From sequence record SRR16203515_2173: a stretch of 61,647 nt of DNA; one strand, written 5' to 3'. Shown piece after piece: positions 29,163 to 39,819 of the stretch. The position numbers and the translations under genes were made by a program. A model generated the notes under the pieces. It was given only the letters and a program-made list of their open reading frames with translations. It did no database searches and had not been told where the DNA came from. The number at the start of each line of letters is the position of its first letter. Position 1 is the first letter of the stretch.

Positions 29163-31091
29163 ATGTCACATCGTCCAAATACTCCACTGCTTGATCGGGT
29201 GCAGTTGCCCGAAGACCTGAAGCGTTTTTCAGATGCAGAACTGAACCAAGTGGCCGAGGAATTGCGCCAAGAAACCATTTCAGCGGTTTCTGAAACAGGT
29301 GGACATTTGGGTGCTGGATTGGGCGTTGTTGAATTAACGATTGCGTTACATGCCATCTTTGACACCCCGCGCGACAAAATCATCTGGGACGTTAGCCATC
29401 AGGCTTATCCCCACAAAATCCTGACAGGTCGTCGTGACCGCATTCGCACTTTACGCCAACAAGATGGGCTGAGCGGATTTACCAAACGCGCAGAAAGTGC
29501 ATATGATCCTTTTGGCGCGGCACATTCAAGCACGTCAATTTCTGCAGCTCTTGGGTTTGCAGTGGCGCGCGATTTGGGCGGTGCCTGTGATACAGGTCAT
29601 GGTGATGCCATCGCTGTGATCGGTGATGGATCAATGAGCGCTGGTATGGCCTATGAAGCAATGAACAACGCAGGCCATTTGAAAAAGCGCCTGATCGTGA
29701 TTTTGAACGATAACGAAATGTCGATTGCGCCACCTGTTGGTGCCTTGTCGTCCTACCTATCGCAACTTTATGCAGAAGCACCGCTGCAAGATCTGCGGGA
29801 TGTTGCGCGTGGTGCCATTGGATTTTTGCCCGAGCCTTTCCGTGAAGGGGCCAAGCGTGCCAAGGAAATGATCAAGGGGATGACCGTTGGTGGCACCCTG
29901 TTCGAGGCATTGGGTTTTTCATATGTCGGACCGCTGGATGGTCACGACATGAACCAACTTTTGCCTGTGCTGCGCACCGTCAAAACTCGGGCGGACGGGC
30001 CCGTTTTGATACATATAGTCACCAAAAAAGGCAAAGGATACGCCCCCGCAGAAGCCGCGCGTGATAAGGGCCATGCGACCGCCAAGTTTGATGTGTTAAC
30101 GGGTAAACAAGTTAAATCACCTTCGAATGCGCCCAGTTATACCTCTGTTTTTTCGGATGCATTGTTAAATGCTGCAGCCGCTGATCCACGCATCTGCGCC
30201 GTGACAGCGGCGATGCCCGATGGAACAGGTCTTGCCACGTTTGCGCAACGCTATCCCAGCCGTTGTTTTGACGTTGGAATTGCGGAACAACACGGTGTCA
30301 CATTTGCAGCGGGCTTGGCTGCAGGTGGATTGCGACCATTCTGCGCCATGTATTCAACATTTTTACAGCGTGGATATGATCAGGTTGTGCATGATGTGGC
30401 GCTACAAAATTTGCCTGTGCGTTTCGCGATTGATCGTGCAGGTTTGGTTGGTGCAGATGGTGCAACACATGCGGGCAGCTTTGATACAGCGTATCTGGCG
30501 AACTTGCCGAATATGGTTGTTATGGCAGCCGCAGACGAGGCGGAATTGACACATATGGTTGCGACAGCCGCCGCATATGACGATGGCCCTATCGCGTTTC
30601 GTTATCCCAGAGGCGAAGGTGAAGGCGTTGAAATTCCTGAAACGCCCGAAAGATTGGAAATCGGCAAGGGACGCATCGTTCAACAGGGTTCGTGTGTTGC
30701 CATTCTATCATTCGGTACGCGATTGGGTGAGGTACAAAAAGCGTCGGAAAACCTGCGGGCGCGTGGCATAACGCCCACCATCGCCGATGCGCGGTTTGCA
30801 AAGCCCTTGGACCATGACTTGATCATGGATCTTGCGTCGTCGCATGATGCGATTATTACAATTGAAGAAGGCGCAGTGGGTGGTTTTGGCAGCCATGTTT
30901 TGCAATTGCTTGTCGATGAAGGTGCGCTTGATACAGGATTAAAGGTGCGCACAATGCAATTCCCTGACGTCTTTATTGATCAGGCAAGCCCCAAAGCCAT
31001 GTATGACATGGCAGGGTTAAACGCATCGGACATCGAAAAAAAGGTGCTGCAGGTATTAGGTGTTGATGTGATCGAAACAAAGAAGGCCTAG
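29163..31091 (+). CDS. dxs: 1-deoxy-D-xylulose-5-phosphate synthase
   Basis: [19 protein letters not shown]...[15 protein letters not shown]...DGATH, RYPRG. Confidence 0.98.
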   Translation: MSHRPNTPLLDRVQLPEDLKRFSDAELNQVAEELRQETISAVSETGGHLGAGLGVVELTIALHAIFDTPRDKIIWDVSHQAYPHKILTGRRDRIRTLRQQDGLSGFTKRAESAYDPFGAAHSSTSISAALGFAVARDLGGACDTGHGDAIAVIGDGSMSAGMAYEAMNNAGHLKKRLIVILNDNEMSIAPPVGALSSYLSQLYAEAPLQDLRDVARGAIGFLPEPFREGAKRAKEMIKGMTVGGTLFEALGFSYVGPLDGHDMNQLLPVLRTVKTRADGPVLIHIVTKKGKGYAPAEAARDKGHATAKFDVLTGKQVKSPSNAPSYTSVFSDALLNAAAADPRICAVTAAMPDGTGLATFAQRYPSRCFDVGIAEQHGVTFAAGLAAGGLRPFCAMYSTFLQRGYDQVVHDVALQNLPVRFAIDRAGLVGADGATHAGSFDTAYLANLPNMVVMAAADEAELTHMVATAAAYDDGPIAFRYPRGEGEGVEIPETPERLEIGKGRIVQQGSCVAILSFGTRLGEVQKASENLRARGITPTIADARFAKPLDHDLIMDLASSHDAIITIEEGAVGGFGSHVLQLLVDEGALDTGLKVRTMQFPDVFIDQASPKAMYDMAGLNASDIEKKVLQVLGVDVIETKKA

Positions 31092-31942
31092 AGGCCCTCT
31101 TCTAACCTGACAAGCGCATCAAGCCCCGTTTTGTAATCCGGATATTTTAGTACGATTCTCAATTCCGATTTAATGCGTTCATTCGCGGCGCGTTTATTTT
31201 CGGCATAGAAACTTCTGCCCATGGGACTTAGGTTTGCATCCTCAAACGCGATTGCAGGGGGGATAGGCAGACCAAGCAATTCGGCAGCATATCCAATCAC
31301 ATCTTGGGGCGGGGCGGGATAGTTATCACACACGTTATAAATACCACCATTTGTTCCCGCGGCGATAGATGCGGATAGAACCTGAACAATGTCTTCAACA
31401 TGGATGCGGCTAAAAACTTGATCTTTTTTAATGATGCGTTGGGCCTTGCCTGATTTCACTTTGGAAAATGGTCCGCGCCCTGGGCCGTAAATCCCCGCCA
31501 ATCTGAAGATGTGAAGAGGTAGGTTTGGTACATCGGACCAGGCTTCTTCGGCTAATTTACGTTGCTGACCGCGTGTCGTTGTGGGGTGTAGCGGGGTATC
31601 TTCGTCAACCCATTCACCTTCGGTTCCCCCATAAACACCTGTTGTAGACAGGTAACCAACCCATTCAAAGCGATTTTCAACAAATACTGACTGATAGGCA
31701 TTTAATGTTGGATCCCCATTTTCTGAAGGTCCCGCTGAAATCAGGACATGTGAACACGCGCTAAGCCTTTCTGACATCGCTGGATCGTCGATCAACAGGG
31801 GATGTGCACCTGATTTTGCGATTTCATCAAACCGTTCTTGGCGCCGAGTCGTTCCATAAACGATCCATCCCTGTTCCGTCAGTGTCTTTGAGAGATAGCC
31901 CGCGGTATAACCCGCGCCGAATATAAACATTGATTTTGTCAT
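31088..31942 (-). CDS. Atypical SDR / NAD-dependent epimerase-dehydratase family protein
   Basis: [41 protein letters not shown]. Confidence 0.9.
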   Translation of the reverse strand: MTKSMFIFGAGYTAGYLSKTLTEQGWIVYGTTRRQERFDEIAKSGAHPLLIDDPAMSERLSACSHVLISAGPSENGDPTLNAYQSVFVENRFEWVGYLSTTGVYGGTEGEWVDEDTPLHPTTTRGQQRKLAEEAWSDVPNLPLHIFRLAGIYGPGRGPFSKVKSGKAQRIIKKDQVFSRIHVEDIVQVLSASIAAGTNGGIYNVCDNYPAPPQDVIGYAAELLGLPIPPAIAFEDANLSPMGRSFYAENKRAANERIKSELRIVLKYPDYKTGLDALVRLEEGL

Positions 31943-32065
31943 GCTTCTAATTTGTATGACAGGTACTAAGTTGCAAGCAGAAAATGCGCTGATATGACGA
32001 CACGTTCCAACTGACATTGTGGATGAGTTGCGCATAGTGGGCACAATAAAACTGAAGGAGCGAAT

Positions 32066-33241
32066 ATGACCGACATCGTTATTTTGGACGGGGCACGGAC
32101 CGCAATCGGCACGTTTGGTGGATCACTGGCGGCAACGCCGCCAATTGAATTGGGCACTGTTGCGGCTAAGGCCGCGCTTGAACGCTCTGGTGTCGAAGGC
32201 GGGCAAATTGGACAGGTTGTATTCGGTCACGTGATTAATACTGAGCCCAAAGATATGTACCTTAGCCGTGTCGCGGCCATGCAAGCAGGCATTCCAGATA
32301 CCACACCTGCAATGAACGTGAACCGTCTATGTGGTTCTGGCGCGCAGGCGATTGTATCGGCGGTTCAGACGCTTATGTTGGGGGATGCTGATTTTGCCCT
32401 TGCTGGTGGCGCCGAGAACATGAGCCGATCACCCTACATCGTGCCCGACCAACGTTGGGGTGCAAAAATGGGTGACATACGCACATTGGACATGATGCTG
32501 GGGGCACTGAACTGTCCCTTTGGCACGGGTCACATGGGGGTGACTGCGGAAAATGTGGCCGCAGAACATGATATTTCCCGTGCCGCGCAAGATGCGTTTG
32601 CACTAGAATCGCAAAACCGCGCTGCTGCAGCGATTGAGGCGGGATATTTTGACAGTCAAATCACTCCTGTGGATGTCAAAGTCAAACGCGACATGGTTCC
32701 ATTTTTGCGCGATGAGCATCCAAAGGCGACAACGGCGCAAGGATTGGCAGGATTGCGACCCGTTTTCCAAAAAGACGGCTCTGTCACAGCAGGCAACGCA
32801 AGCGGTATCAATGATGGTGCCGCTGCGATTGTTTTGGCGACCGCGGCAGCTGCGGAAAAATCAGGACTGAAACCACGCGCACGCGTTCTTGGATATGCAC
32901 ATGCTGGCGTCCGCCCCGAGGTCATGGGCATTGGCCCTATTCCAGCGGTTGAAAATCTCATGGCGAAAACGGGTCTATCCATAAGCGATTTTGATGTCAT
33001 CGAGAGTAACGAGGCATTTGCAGCACAAGCATTGGCGGTGAACAAAGGGTTGGGAATTGATCCCACAAAAGTTAACCCGAATGGTGGCGCGATCGCTCTG
33101 GGCCATCCAGTGGGCGCAACGGGGTGTATCATCACGATCAAGGCGCTTTATGAACTTGAACGCATCGGCGGTGGCAAAGGGCTTATTACGATGTGCATCG
33201 GTGGCGGTCAGGGAATCGCGATCGCAATCGAGACACTTTAA
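32066..33241 (+). CDS. Acetyl-CoA C-acyltransferase (BktB-like thiolase)
   Basis: NRLCGSG, NEAFA, GHPVGATG, CIGGGQG. RBS AAGGAG. Confidence 0.95.
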   Translation: MTDIVILDGARTAIGTFGGSLAATPPIELGTVAAKAALERSGVEGGQIGQVVFGHVINTEPKDMYLSRVAAMQAGIPDTTPAMNVNRLCGSGAQAIVSAVQTLMLGDADFALAGGAENMSRSPYIVPDQRWGAKMGDIRTLDMMLGALNCPFGTGHMGVTAENVAAEHDISRAAQDAFALESQNRAAAAIEAGYFDSQITPVDVKVKRDMVPFLRDEHPKATTAQGLAGLRPVFQKDGSVTAGNASGINDGAAAIVLATAAAAEKSGLKPRARVLGYAHAGVRPEVMGIGPIPAVENLMAKTGLSISDFDVIESNEAFAAQALAVNKGLGIDPTKVNPNGGAIALGHPVGATGCIITIKALYELERIGGGKGLITMCIGGGQGIAIAIETL

Positions 33242-33260
33242 AGAATTTTTCACTTTGGTT

Positions 33261-33288
33261 GGACAAAGATGCCATTGGGTCTTTGTCC
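33261..33288 (+). terminator. Hairpin downstream of the thiolase gene
   Basis: GGACAAAGA-N10-TCTTTGTCC inverted repeat, with no U-tail. Confidence 0.35.
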
Positions 33289-33301
33289 GCCGGAGTGATC
33301 T

Positions 33302-33421
33302 ATGAATATTGCCACAAAACTTGCCGAAGAACGCCGTGCGCGTTTGGCAGCAGAGCGTTTGTTAGAGTTAAAAGAAGCTGAGTTGAAGGCAACAAATAAT
33401 GTGCCCTCTATAATCCGATAG
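33302..33421 (+). pseudogene. 39-codon stub resembling the N-terminus of a Roseobacter PAS hybrid histidine kinase
   Basis: RBS GGAG, then MNIATKLAEERRARLAAERLLELKEAELKATNNVPSIIR*. Similarity is from recall. Confidence 0.65.
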
Positions 33422-33499
33422 ATCCCATACTCATCCAGACATATACTAATTCACAAAAGATTGCTTTTAGATACGCAAAAAAGAATAACACTGTTAAAT

Positions 33500-33524
33500 A
33501 AAAAACCGGCCCAATTGAGCCGGT
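33500..33524 (-). terminator. Intrinsic terminator of dnaJ
   Basis: Minus strand ACCGGCTCAATTGGGCCGGT followed by a T-run. Confidence 0.75.
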
Positions 33525-33544
33525 ATCGCGGTCTTTTTGGTAAA

Positions 33545-34681
33545 TTAGCCCTTCATCGAATCCCAAAAGGATTTCACAGACGAGAAAAAGTTTGAGCTTT
33601 CGGGACTATTTTCTTCGGAAAGTTCCTCGAACTCTCGCAACAGTTCTTTTTGTTTGTTGGTCAAATTGACTGGTGTTTCAACTGACAATTCAATGAACAT
33701 ATCGCCAGTCTGACCAGAGCGAACCGCTGGCATACCTTTGCCTCGCAGGCGCATCTGGCGGCCAGATTGGCTGCCCATGGGTACTTTCACGCGACTACGG
33801 CCGCCGTCGATTGACGGTACGTCGATGTCGCCTCCTAGGGCGGCTGTCACCATTGAAACAGGGACACGGCAATAGAGATTTATGCTATCGCGCTGAAAGA
33901 TTTCATGTTCGTCCACTTCGATAAAGATATAGAGATCACCCGTACTCCCGCCACGCAATCCCGCTTCGCCTTCGCCAGACAGGCGAATGCGTGTGCCCGT
34001 TTCGACACCCGCAGGGATGTTCACACTCAGCGCGCGATCTTTTTCTTTGCGGCCCTGACCGTGGCAGGACTTGCATGGGTTTTTAATGATCTGACCGGCA
34101 CCCGAACATGTTGGGCAGGTACGTTCAACCGTAAAGAATCCTTGGGTTGCACGAACTTTACCCATCCCTGCACATGTTGGGCAGGTTGCGGGTTCTGAAC
34201 CACCTTCAGCACCACTGCCATTACATTCGTCACAAGCGACAGAGGTTGGAACATTGATCGTTTTTTGCAGACCGTTATATGCTTCTTCCAACGTGATGCG
34301 CAGATTATACCGTAAATCCGCACCACGTGTAGCGCGGTTGCGGCCACCGCCACGTCCGCCGCCCATAAAATCGCCAAATAAATCGTCAAAAACATCTGAA
34401 AACGCGCTGGAAAAATCGCCTTGGCCAGGGCGTTGTCCACCACCACCCATTCCGCCTTCGAATGCAGCATGACCATAACGATCGTAGGCCGCCTTTTTGT
34501 CCGCGTCTTTTAGAACATCGTAGGCTTCATTGGCTTCTTTAAATTGCGCTTCTGCGTTTGGATTGTCAGCATTGCGGTCAGGATGAAGTTCTTTGGCTTT
34601 TGTGCGAAAGGCTTTCTTGATCTCATCTGCTGACGCGCCCCGCGCGATCCCCAGCACATCATAGTAATCTTTTTTAGACAC
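33545..34681 (-). CDS. dnaJ: Chaperone DnaJ
   Basis: J domain with HPD, G/F-rich region, four CxxCxGxG repeats. GTG start after AAGGAGG. Confidence 0.98.
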   Translation of the reverse strand: MSKKDYYDVLGIARGASADEIKKAFRTKAKELHPDRNADNPNAEAQFKEANEAYDVLKDADKKAAYDRYGHAAFEGGMGGGGQRPGQGDFSSAFSDVFDDLFGDFMGGGRGGGRNRATRGADLRYNLRITLEEAYNGLQKTINVPTSVACDECNGSGAEGGSEPATCPTCAGMGKVRATQGFFTVERTCPTCSGAGQIIKNPCKSCHGQGRKEKDRALSVNIPAGVETGTRIRLSGEGEAGLRGGSTGDLYIFIEVDEHEIFQRDSINLYCRVPVSMVTAALGGDIDVPSIDGGRSRVKVPMGSQSGRQMRLRGKGMPAVRSGQTGDMFIELSVETPVNLTNKQKELLREFEELSEENSPESSNFFSSVKSFWDSMKG

Positions 34682-34706
34682 CGATTGCGCCTCCTTCAGA
34701 ATACTT

Positions 34707-34735
34707 GCGCCGACCCGATAGTATCAGGCCGGCGC
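34707..34735 (-). other. Intergenic RNA hairpin between dnaK and dnaJ
   Basis: Minus strand GCGCCGGCCTGATACTATCGGGTCGGCGC folds using G-U pairs. Confidence 0.55.
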
Positions 34736-34752
34736 GTCGTTCGATCAATAAC

Positions 34753-36663
34753 TTAGCGTTTGTCGTCGCCCAGGTCCTCAAAGTCGGCATCAAGGATGTC
34801 ATCATCCCCGCCGTCCTCTTGGCCCATATCCATCGGACCTTGATCATCGCCTTCTTGGCTTGCCTTATAGATCGCTTCACCTAGGCGCATGGATGCTTCG
34901 GTAACGTTCTGAATGCCAGATTTAATTTTATCGGCATTTTCATTCTCAAGCTCGTCTTTCAACGCGGCAACCGCCAATTCGATCGCTTCGATGGTGGATG
35001 GATCAACCTTATCACCATGCTCTTCGATTGATTTTTCAGTTGCGTGGATCAAGCTTTCCGCTTGGTTCTTGGCTTCGATCAATTCACGACGTGCCTTATC
35101 TGCATCTGCGTTCTCCTCGGCTTCGCGAACCATCCGATCGATGTCATCGTCTGACAATCCACCTGAGGCTTGGATCGTGATGTTTTGCTCTTTGCCTGTT
35201 CCTTTGTCTTTCGCAGAAACAGACACGATGCCGTTTGCGTCGATGTCAAAGGTGACTTCGATCTGTGGCATACCACGCGGTGCTGGTGGGATGTCTTCTA
35301 GGTTGAACTGGCCCAAGATTTTGTTGTCGGCGGCCATTTCGCGTTCGCCTTGGAAAACGCGAATTGTGACAGCGTTCTGGTTATCTTCGGCTGTTGAGAA
35401 TACCTGTGACTTTTTCGTGGGGATCGTTGTGTTGCGATCAATCAGCCGTGTAAACACACCGCCCAAAGTTTCGATCCCCAATGACAATGGGGTTACGTCA
35501 AGTAGAACAACATCTTTGACATCGCCCTGCAAAACACCCGCCTGAATTGCCGCGCCCATGGCAACAACTTCATCTGGATTCACGCCCTTATGCGGTTCCT
35601 TACCAAAGAATTTGGACACTTCTTCCATCACTTTTGGCATACGTGTCATACCACCGACCAAAACCACTTCGTCGATGTCTGATGTTGTTAGGCTCGCGTC
35701 CTTTAATGCCGCCTGACATGGTTTGATTGACGCCTTGATCAGATCACCAACCAATGATTCTAGCTTCGCACGTGTCAGCTTTAGAACCAAGTGTAACGGC
35801 TGGCCCGTTGCACCATCCATTGAGATGAACGGCTGGTTGATCTCAGTTTGGCTTGCAGATGACAATTCGATCTTGGCTTTTTCAGCAGCTTCTTTCAAAC
35901 GCTGTAGGGCCATTTTGTCTTGTGTCAGATCGACGCCATTTTCCTTTTTGAACTCGTCCGCAAGATAGTTGACGATGCGCATGTCAAAGTCTTCACCACC
36001 AAGGAATGTGTCACCATTCGTTGATTTCACCTCAAACAGACCGTCGTCGATTTCCAAGATGGTTACGTCGAATGTACCACCACCAAGGTCATAAACAGCG
36101 ATTGTTTTTGTTTCCTTTTTGTCCAAACCATAGGCCAAAGCAGCAGCCGTTGGTTCGTTGATGATACGCAATACCTCAAGACCTGCGATCTTACCCGCAT
36201 CTTTTGTTGCCTGACGCTGCGCATCGTTAAAATACGCAGGCACTGTGATGACAGCCTGTGTAACCTCTTCACCCAAATAGCTTTCGGCTGTCTCTTTCAT
36301 CTTTTGCAAAGTGAAAGCAGAAATTTGTGAAGGAGAATATTTTTCGCCCTGCGCCTCAACCCATGCATCACCGTTACCACCGTTGATAACATTGTAGGGG
36401 AGGTTCTTCAGGTCTTTTGCCAAATCGGCGTCATCCACGCGGCGGCCAATCAAACGTTTCACACCAAACACTGTGTTTGACGGGTTTGTAACGGCCTGAC
36501 GTTTTGCAGGCTGACCAACAAGGCGTTCGTCATTTGCGAATGCAACGATTGACGGCGTTGTACGTGCGCCTTCTGCGTTTTCAATCACGCGTGGTTGAGA
36601 GCCATCCATGATAGCAACACAACTGTTTGTCGTACCCAGGTCGATACCAATAACTTTTCCCAT
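34753..36663 (-). CDS. dnaK: Chaperone DnaK
   Basis: [29 protein letters not shown]. Confidence 0.99.
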   Translation of the reverse strand: MGKVIGIDLGTTNSCVAIMDGSQPRVIENAEGARTTPSIVAFANDERLVGQPAKRQAVTNPSNTVFGVKRLIGRRVDDADLAKDLKNLPYNVINGGNGDAWVEAQGEKYSPSQISAFTLQKMKETAESYLGEEVTQAVITVPAYFNDAQRQATKDAGKIAGLEVLRIINEPTAAALAYGLDKKETKTIAVYDLGGGTFDVTILEIDDGLFEVKSTNGDTFLGGEDFDMRIVNYLADEFKKENGVDLTQDKMALQRLKEAAEKAKIELSSASQTEINQPFISMDGATGQPLHLVLKLTRAKLESLVGDLIKASIKPCQAALKDASLTTSDIDEVVLVGGMTRMPKVMEEVSKFFGKEPHKGVNPDEVVAMGAAIQAGVLQGDVKDVVLLDVTPLSLGIETLGGVFTRLIDRNTTIPTKKSQVFSTAEDNQNAVTIRVFQGEREMAADNKILGQFNLEDIPPAPRGMPQIEVTFDIDANGIVSVSAKDKGTGKEQNITIQASGGLSDDDIDRMVREAEENADADKARRELIEAKNQAESLIHATEKSIEEHGDKVDPSTIEAIELAVAALKDELENENADKIKSGIQNVTEASMRLGEAIYKASQEGDDQGPMDMGQEDGGDDDILDADFEDLGDDKR

Positions 36664-36772
36664 TTTGATCCCTTTCTTGATTAGGCGATATCATGCAACG
36701 CGAACCCATTATGGCATTAACGCCGCGTTATCGTGTGTCCGAGTTTTTCAGTGTTCAAACCACGACAGCGGG

Positions 36773-36802
36773 TATATAGGGAGGCATTTGCGCAACTGCA
36801 AG
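36773..36802 (-). promoter_or_regulatory. RpoH (sigma32) promoter of dnaKJ
   Basis: Minus strand CTTG-N18-CCTATATA about 110 nt upstream of dnaK. Confidence 0.8.
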
Positions 36803-37097
36803 CTTTGGGGGCAATAGTTTCAAGCTTAATTGATGAAATTTGACTTAATGGATAGATTTCTACGGATAGTTATGTGAGCTACAGCGATTTCGCCAAGCTT
36901 GATCCACACTTTTTTCATGTATTTTGTTCTGTTCATTTTAGTAAATAAGGCAGGTGAACGTTAGTTTTAACAGATTCTCTAAGTACCTGTTGTGCAGTGC
37001 GTCGCTGAAAGTCTTAGATCTGCATAACAAGTTAATAACATGAAACAATGTGTTTCGATCGAATATGGCTAACGATTTGTCTTGCAGTGACTGGCAA

Positions 37098-37358
37098 TGA
37101 TGTATGCAGTAAGAATAGGAAAGCGGCTTTCGATACGAAGAACTAAAATAGTGCGAATCGTCACGCTGTGCACACCCAACTGTGGAACATTGACAGAAAC
37201 GCTGGTACTGATAAAGCAGTTAGTAAAATCGATGAAAAGATAGATATCAATGGGATTGAATGCGACCGACGTATTTCGCTGACCACGCTGTTGAGGACTA
37301 TTCAACACATTTTCGGCGCAGAGCTAACCGATGATGGTTGTTTGGTTGTTGCGAAAAT
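37098..37358 (-). pseudogene. Decayed KpsM-like ABC-2 permease, N-terminal fragment
   Basis: IFATTKQPSSVSSAPKMC*IVLNSVVSEIRRSHSIPLISIFSSILLTALSVPAFLSMF / LGVHSVTIR / F*FFVSKAAFLFLLHT, read across stops and frameshifts. Divergent from cysQ. Similarity is from recall. Confidence 0.6.
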
Positions 37359-37469
37359 TAGTCGCCTGAACTAACTCTTGCATGATCATAGCGGAAAGTT
37401 TCCTATTCCATGAGGAAAACTCAGCGTTGCTTCCTTTATTCTTAAACGGTGGTGAAGAAAGAAATTTAA

Positions 37470-38273
37470 ATGGGTTGCAACTTGGACTACGCATATATCG
37501 TTTCTGTAATTCGTGATCTTGCATTGAAAGCTGGTAACGAAATCATGAAGGTGTATGGCTCGGATGATTTCGGAGTTGATACCAAGTCCGATGATAGCCC
37601 CGTTACAAGGGCAGATCGCGCAGCCGATGAGATTATTTCAGCAGGTTTAATGGAGAATTTTCCTAAAATAGCGTTTGTCACCGAAGAACAGTCCAACACT
37701 CATAAAGTAACAGCCACAACATTTTTCATTGTAGACCCCTTAGATGGGACCAAAGAATTTATAAAACGTCGCGGTGAATTCACGGTAAATATCGCTCTCG
37801 TAGAAAATGGAGTTCCGACCTTGGGTGTTGTTTACGCGCCTGCGATCGGTCGATTATTTTATACGGATGAAAATGGTCAGACAGTCGAAGAGTTGGGGGC
37901 CCATCATGTTGGGAAAATTGGTAAAACCAACGTGCTTTCAGTAAGTACTGCGGATAATTCTGCCCTGACGGTTGTTGCCTCAAAATCCCATCGCGATCAG
38001 GCGACGGATGAATATATTTCAAGATACCAGATAAAAGATATGACTGGTGCAGGCTCATCGCTTAAATTTTGCTTGGTTGCAACTGGTGAGGCAGATTTTT
38101 ACCCACGGTTAGGGCGTACGATGGAATGGGATACCGCAGCAGGGCATGCGGTTGTAGTTGGTGCTGGTGGTCAGGTACTTCATTTCGACACGCAGGTCCC
38201 GTTGATGTACGGCAAAAATGGATTTGAAAACCCGTTCTTTGTCGCCATGTCACCCAAGGTTAAATTACGTTAA
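37470..38273 (+). CDS. cysQ: 3'(2'),5'-bisphosphate nucleotidase
   Basis: KSDDSPVTRAD, TEE, VDPLDGTKEF, SKSH, GSSLKFC, EWDTAAG. True start may be TTG 37482. Confidence 0.95.
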   Translation: MGCNLDYAYIVSVIRDLALKAGNEIMKVYGSDDFGVDTKSDDSPVTRADRAADEIISAGLMENFPKIAFVTEEQSNTHKVTATTFFIVDPLDGTKEFIKRRGEFTVNIALVENGVPTLGVVYAPAIGRLFYTDENGQTVEELGAHHVGKIGKTNVLSVSTADNSALTVVASKSHRDQATDEYISRYQIKDMTGAGSSLKFCLVATGEADFYPRLGRTMEWDTAAGHAVVVGAGGQVLHFDTQVPLMYGKNGFENPFFVAMSPKVKLR

Positions 38274-38290
38274 TCCACAGGGCGCAAACC

Positions 38291-38545
38291 GTGCTCTCTG
38301 CTAGTGTAGCAAGTATGGCGCAACTTGTGCCGCCTGATTTTGTTATTCGTGAAACTGAGCTGAAGTCTGTTTTATCATTTATCGCGAATACACACGGACA
38401 CTCCCAAACAACATTCACCAATAACGTTGTGGATCCTGTAGATTTGGCCTTTGATCAAGTTTACGATCAAGAAATAGAGGCCAAGGCAAAGGCGAACCAC
38501 ACAAAGGATTATGAAATTTCCGGGTTTGGCGATTACGCGGCCTGA
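38291..38545 (+). pseudogene. C-terminal fragment of a NodH-like/sulfotransferase-family protein
   Basis: PPDFVIRETEL...VYDQEIEAKAKANHTKDYEISGFGDY resembles the recalled C-terminus of the Roseobacter protein that converges on ptsN. No clear RBS. Confidence 0.6.
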
Positions 38546-38997
38546 GTGCGGTAAGCTTCCGTCAAAATTGTATATAATGTTCCAGCATCTGCGTTCGCAC
38601 GCAGTTTAGCACATACGCTGTTATCACGCAGGGTTCGAGACACAAGGGCCAACGCCTTTAGATGTTCAACACCCGCGTTTTCAGGGGCAAATAGGGAAAA
38701 TACTATGTCCACAGGTTGGCGATCCGCAGCACCAAAATTCACCGGCTTTTCAAGCAAAACAAATGTCCCACAAACGCGATTTGCGTCTGCGAGGCGAGCG
38801 TGAGGAAGCGCAACGCCATTGCCAACACCTGTCGGCCCCAATGACTCGCGCTCAACGAGCGCATCTAATGTAAGCGACTGCTCAAACCCGTATGAGATGT
38901 TTGCAACTTCGCTGACATCTTGCAAAAGGCGTTTTTTGCTTGAAGCGGCGGTTATTACCCGTACCGCTTCAGGCTTTAGCAAATCAAACAATTCCAT
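38533..38997 (-). CDS. ptsN: PTS IIA-Ntr nitrogen regulatory protein
   Basis: RESLGPTGVGNGVALPHAR, HLKALA. Confidence 0.95.
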   Translation of the reverse strand: MELFDLLKPEAVRVITAASSKKRLLQDVSEVANISYGFEQSLTLDALVERESLGPTGVGNGVALPHARLADANRVCGTFVLLEKPVNFGAADRQPVDIVFSLFAPENAGVEHLKALALVSRTLRDNSVCAKLRANADAGTLYTILTEAYRTQAA

Positions 38998-39035
38998 AGA
39001 AACTTAATTCCCCCAAGCATAACTATGGATAGGAT

Positions 39036-39599
39036 TTACGGTTCTATCCAACCTACGTTTCCGTCATCGCGACGATAAACGACATTTACGCTTTGTTTGC
39101 CCTCGTTCTTAAAAACCAAAAACGGAGCACCTGATAATTCAAGCTGCATGACCGCTTCACCGACAGAGATAGAAGGAATTTTTGTTTCCATCTCAGCAAT
39201 GATTATGGGTTGCAGTGAATCGGGCTCCGAATCCTCGTTTGCATCATCTGAGGCAAGGATATACGAGGAAGCTTCCAAGAGTTCAACTGGGTTTGAGCGT
39301 TCTTTGTGGTGGTCCTTTAGTCTGCGCTTGTAGCGGCGAAGTTGTTTTTCCATTTTCTCGCAGCAACTATCAAATGCGGAATATATTTCTGGATTAGACG
39401 CTTTGGCCTGTGCAGTTAGGCCAGTCGATAAATGTACTGTTGTTTCACACACGTATTCATGGCCGCTTTTTGAAAATACGACATTTGCGTCTGTCGGTCG
39501 CTCGGCGTATTTGATGACCGCATCACCGAGTTCGTTTTTGACATGAGTTTGTAGGGCTTGACCGATATCGATATGCATTCCAGAAATTTGATAACGCAT
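39036..39599 (-). CDS. hpf: Ribosome hibernation promoting factor (long HPF/RaiA)
   Basis: QISG, KMEKQLRRYKRRLKDH, VVYRRDDGNVGWIEP. RBS AAGGAG. Confidence 0.95.
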   Translation of the reverse strand: MRYQISGMHIDIGQALQTHVKNELGDAVIKYAERPTDANVVFSKSGHEYVCETTVHLSTGLTAQAKASNPEIYSAFDSCCEKMEKQLRRYKRRLKDHHKERSNPVELLEASSYILASDDANEDSEPDSLQPIIIAEMETKIPSISVGEAVMQLELSGAPFLVFKNEGKQSVNVVYRRDDGNVGWIEP

Positions 39600-39819
39600 T
39601 GTAACTCCTTTAATAATTCACGAAACATCCAAGTGCCCAAAGGCATTACCACATCGCGGGCGTTGTGGACGTCCGTATCAGGAAATGGCAGAGAACAAGA
39701 GGGGACGCTTTAATCCATTTTCTTGGTAAAAGACTCGCCTAGAAAACTTCTCTACCCCTTTATAGAAGGCGACGAAGGGGCCTTGTGTCAACCTTAAGAT
39801 CGAATTTTTGTGATATAGA

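Noticed and set aside
34913..35545. 210-aa ORF antisense to dnaK (similar ones oppose serA, secA, infB and nusA)
   Set aside because: In-register shadow ORFs produced by the codon bias of highly expressed genes. No RBS or recognisable motifs.
37069..37524. Short ORF-track calls (37069-37308, 37168-37374, 37324-37524) as real genes
   Set aside because: No RBS or motifs. Better explained as alternative frames over the KpsM-like relic and the cysQ promoter.
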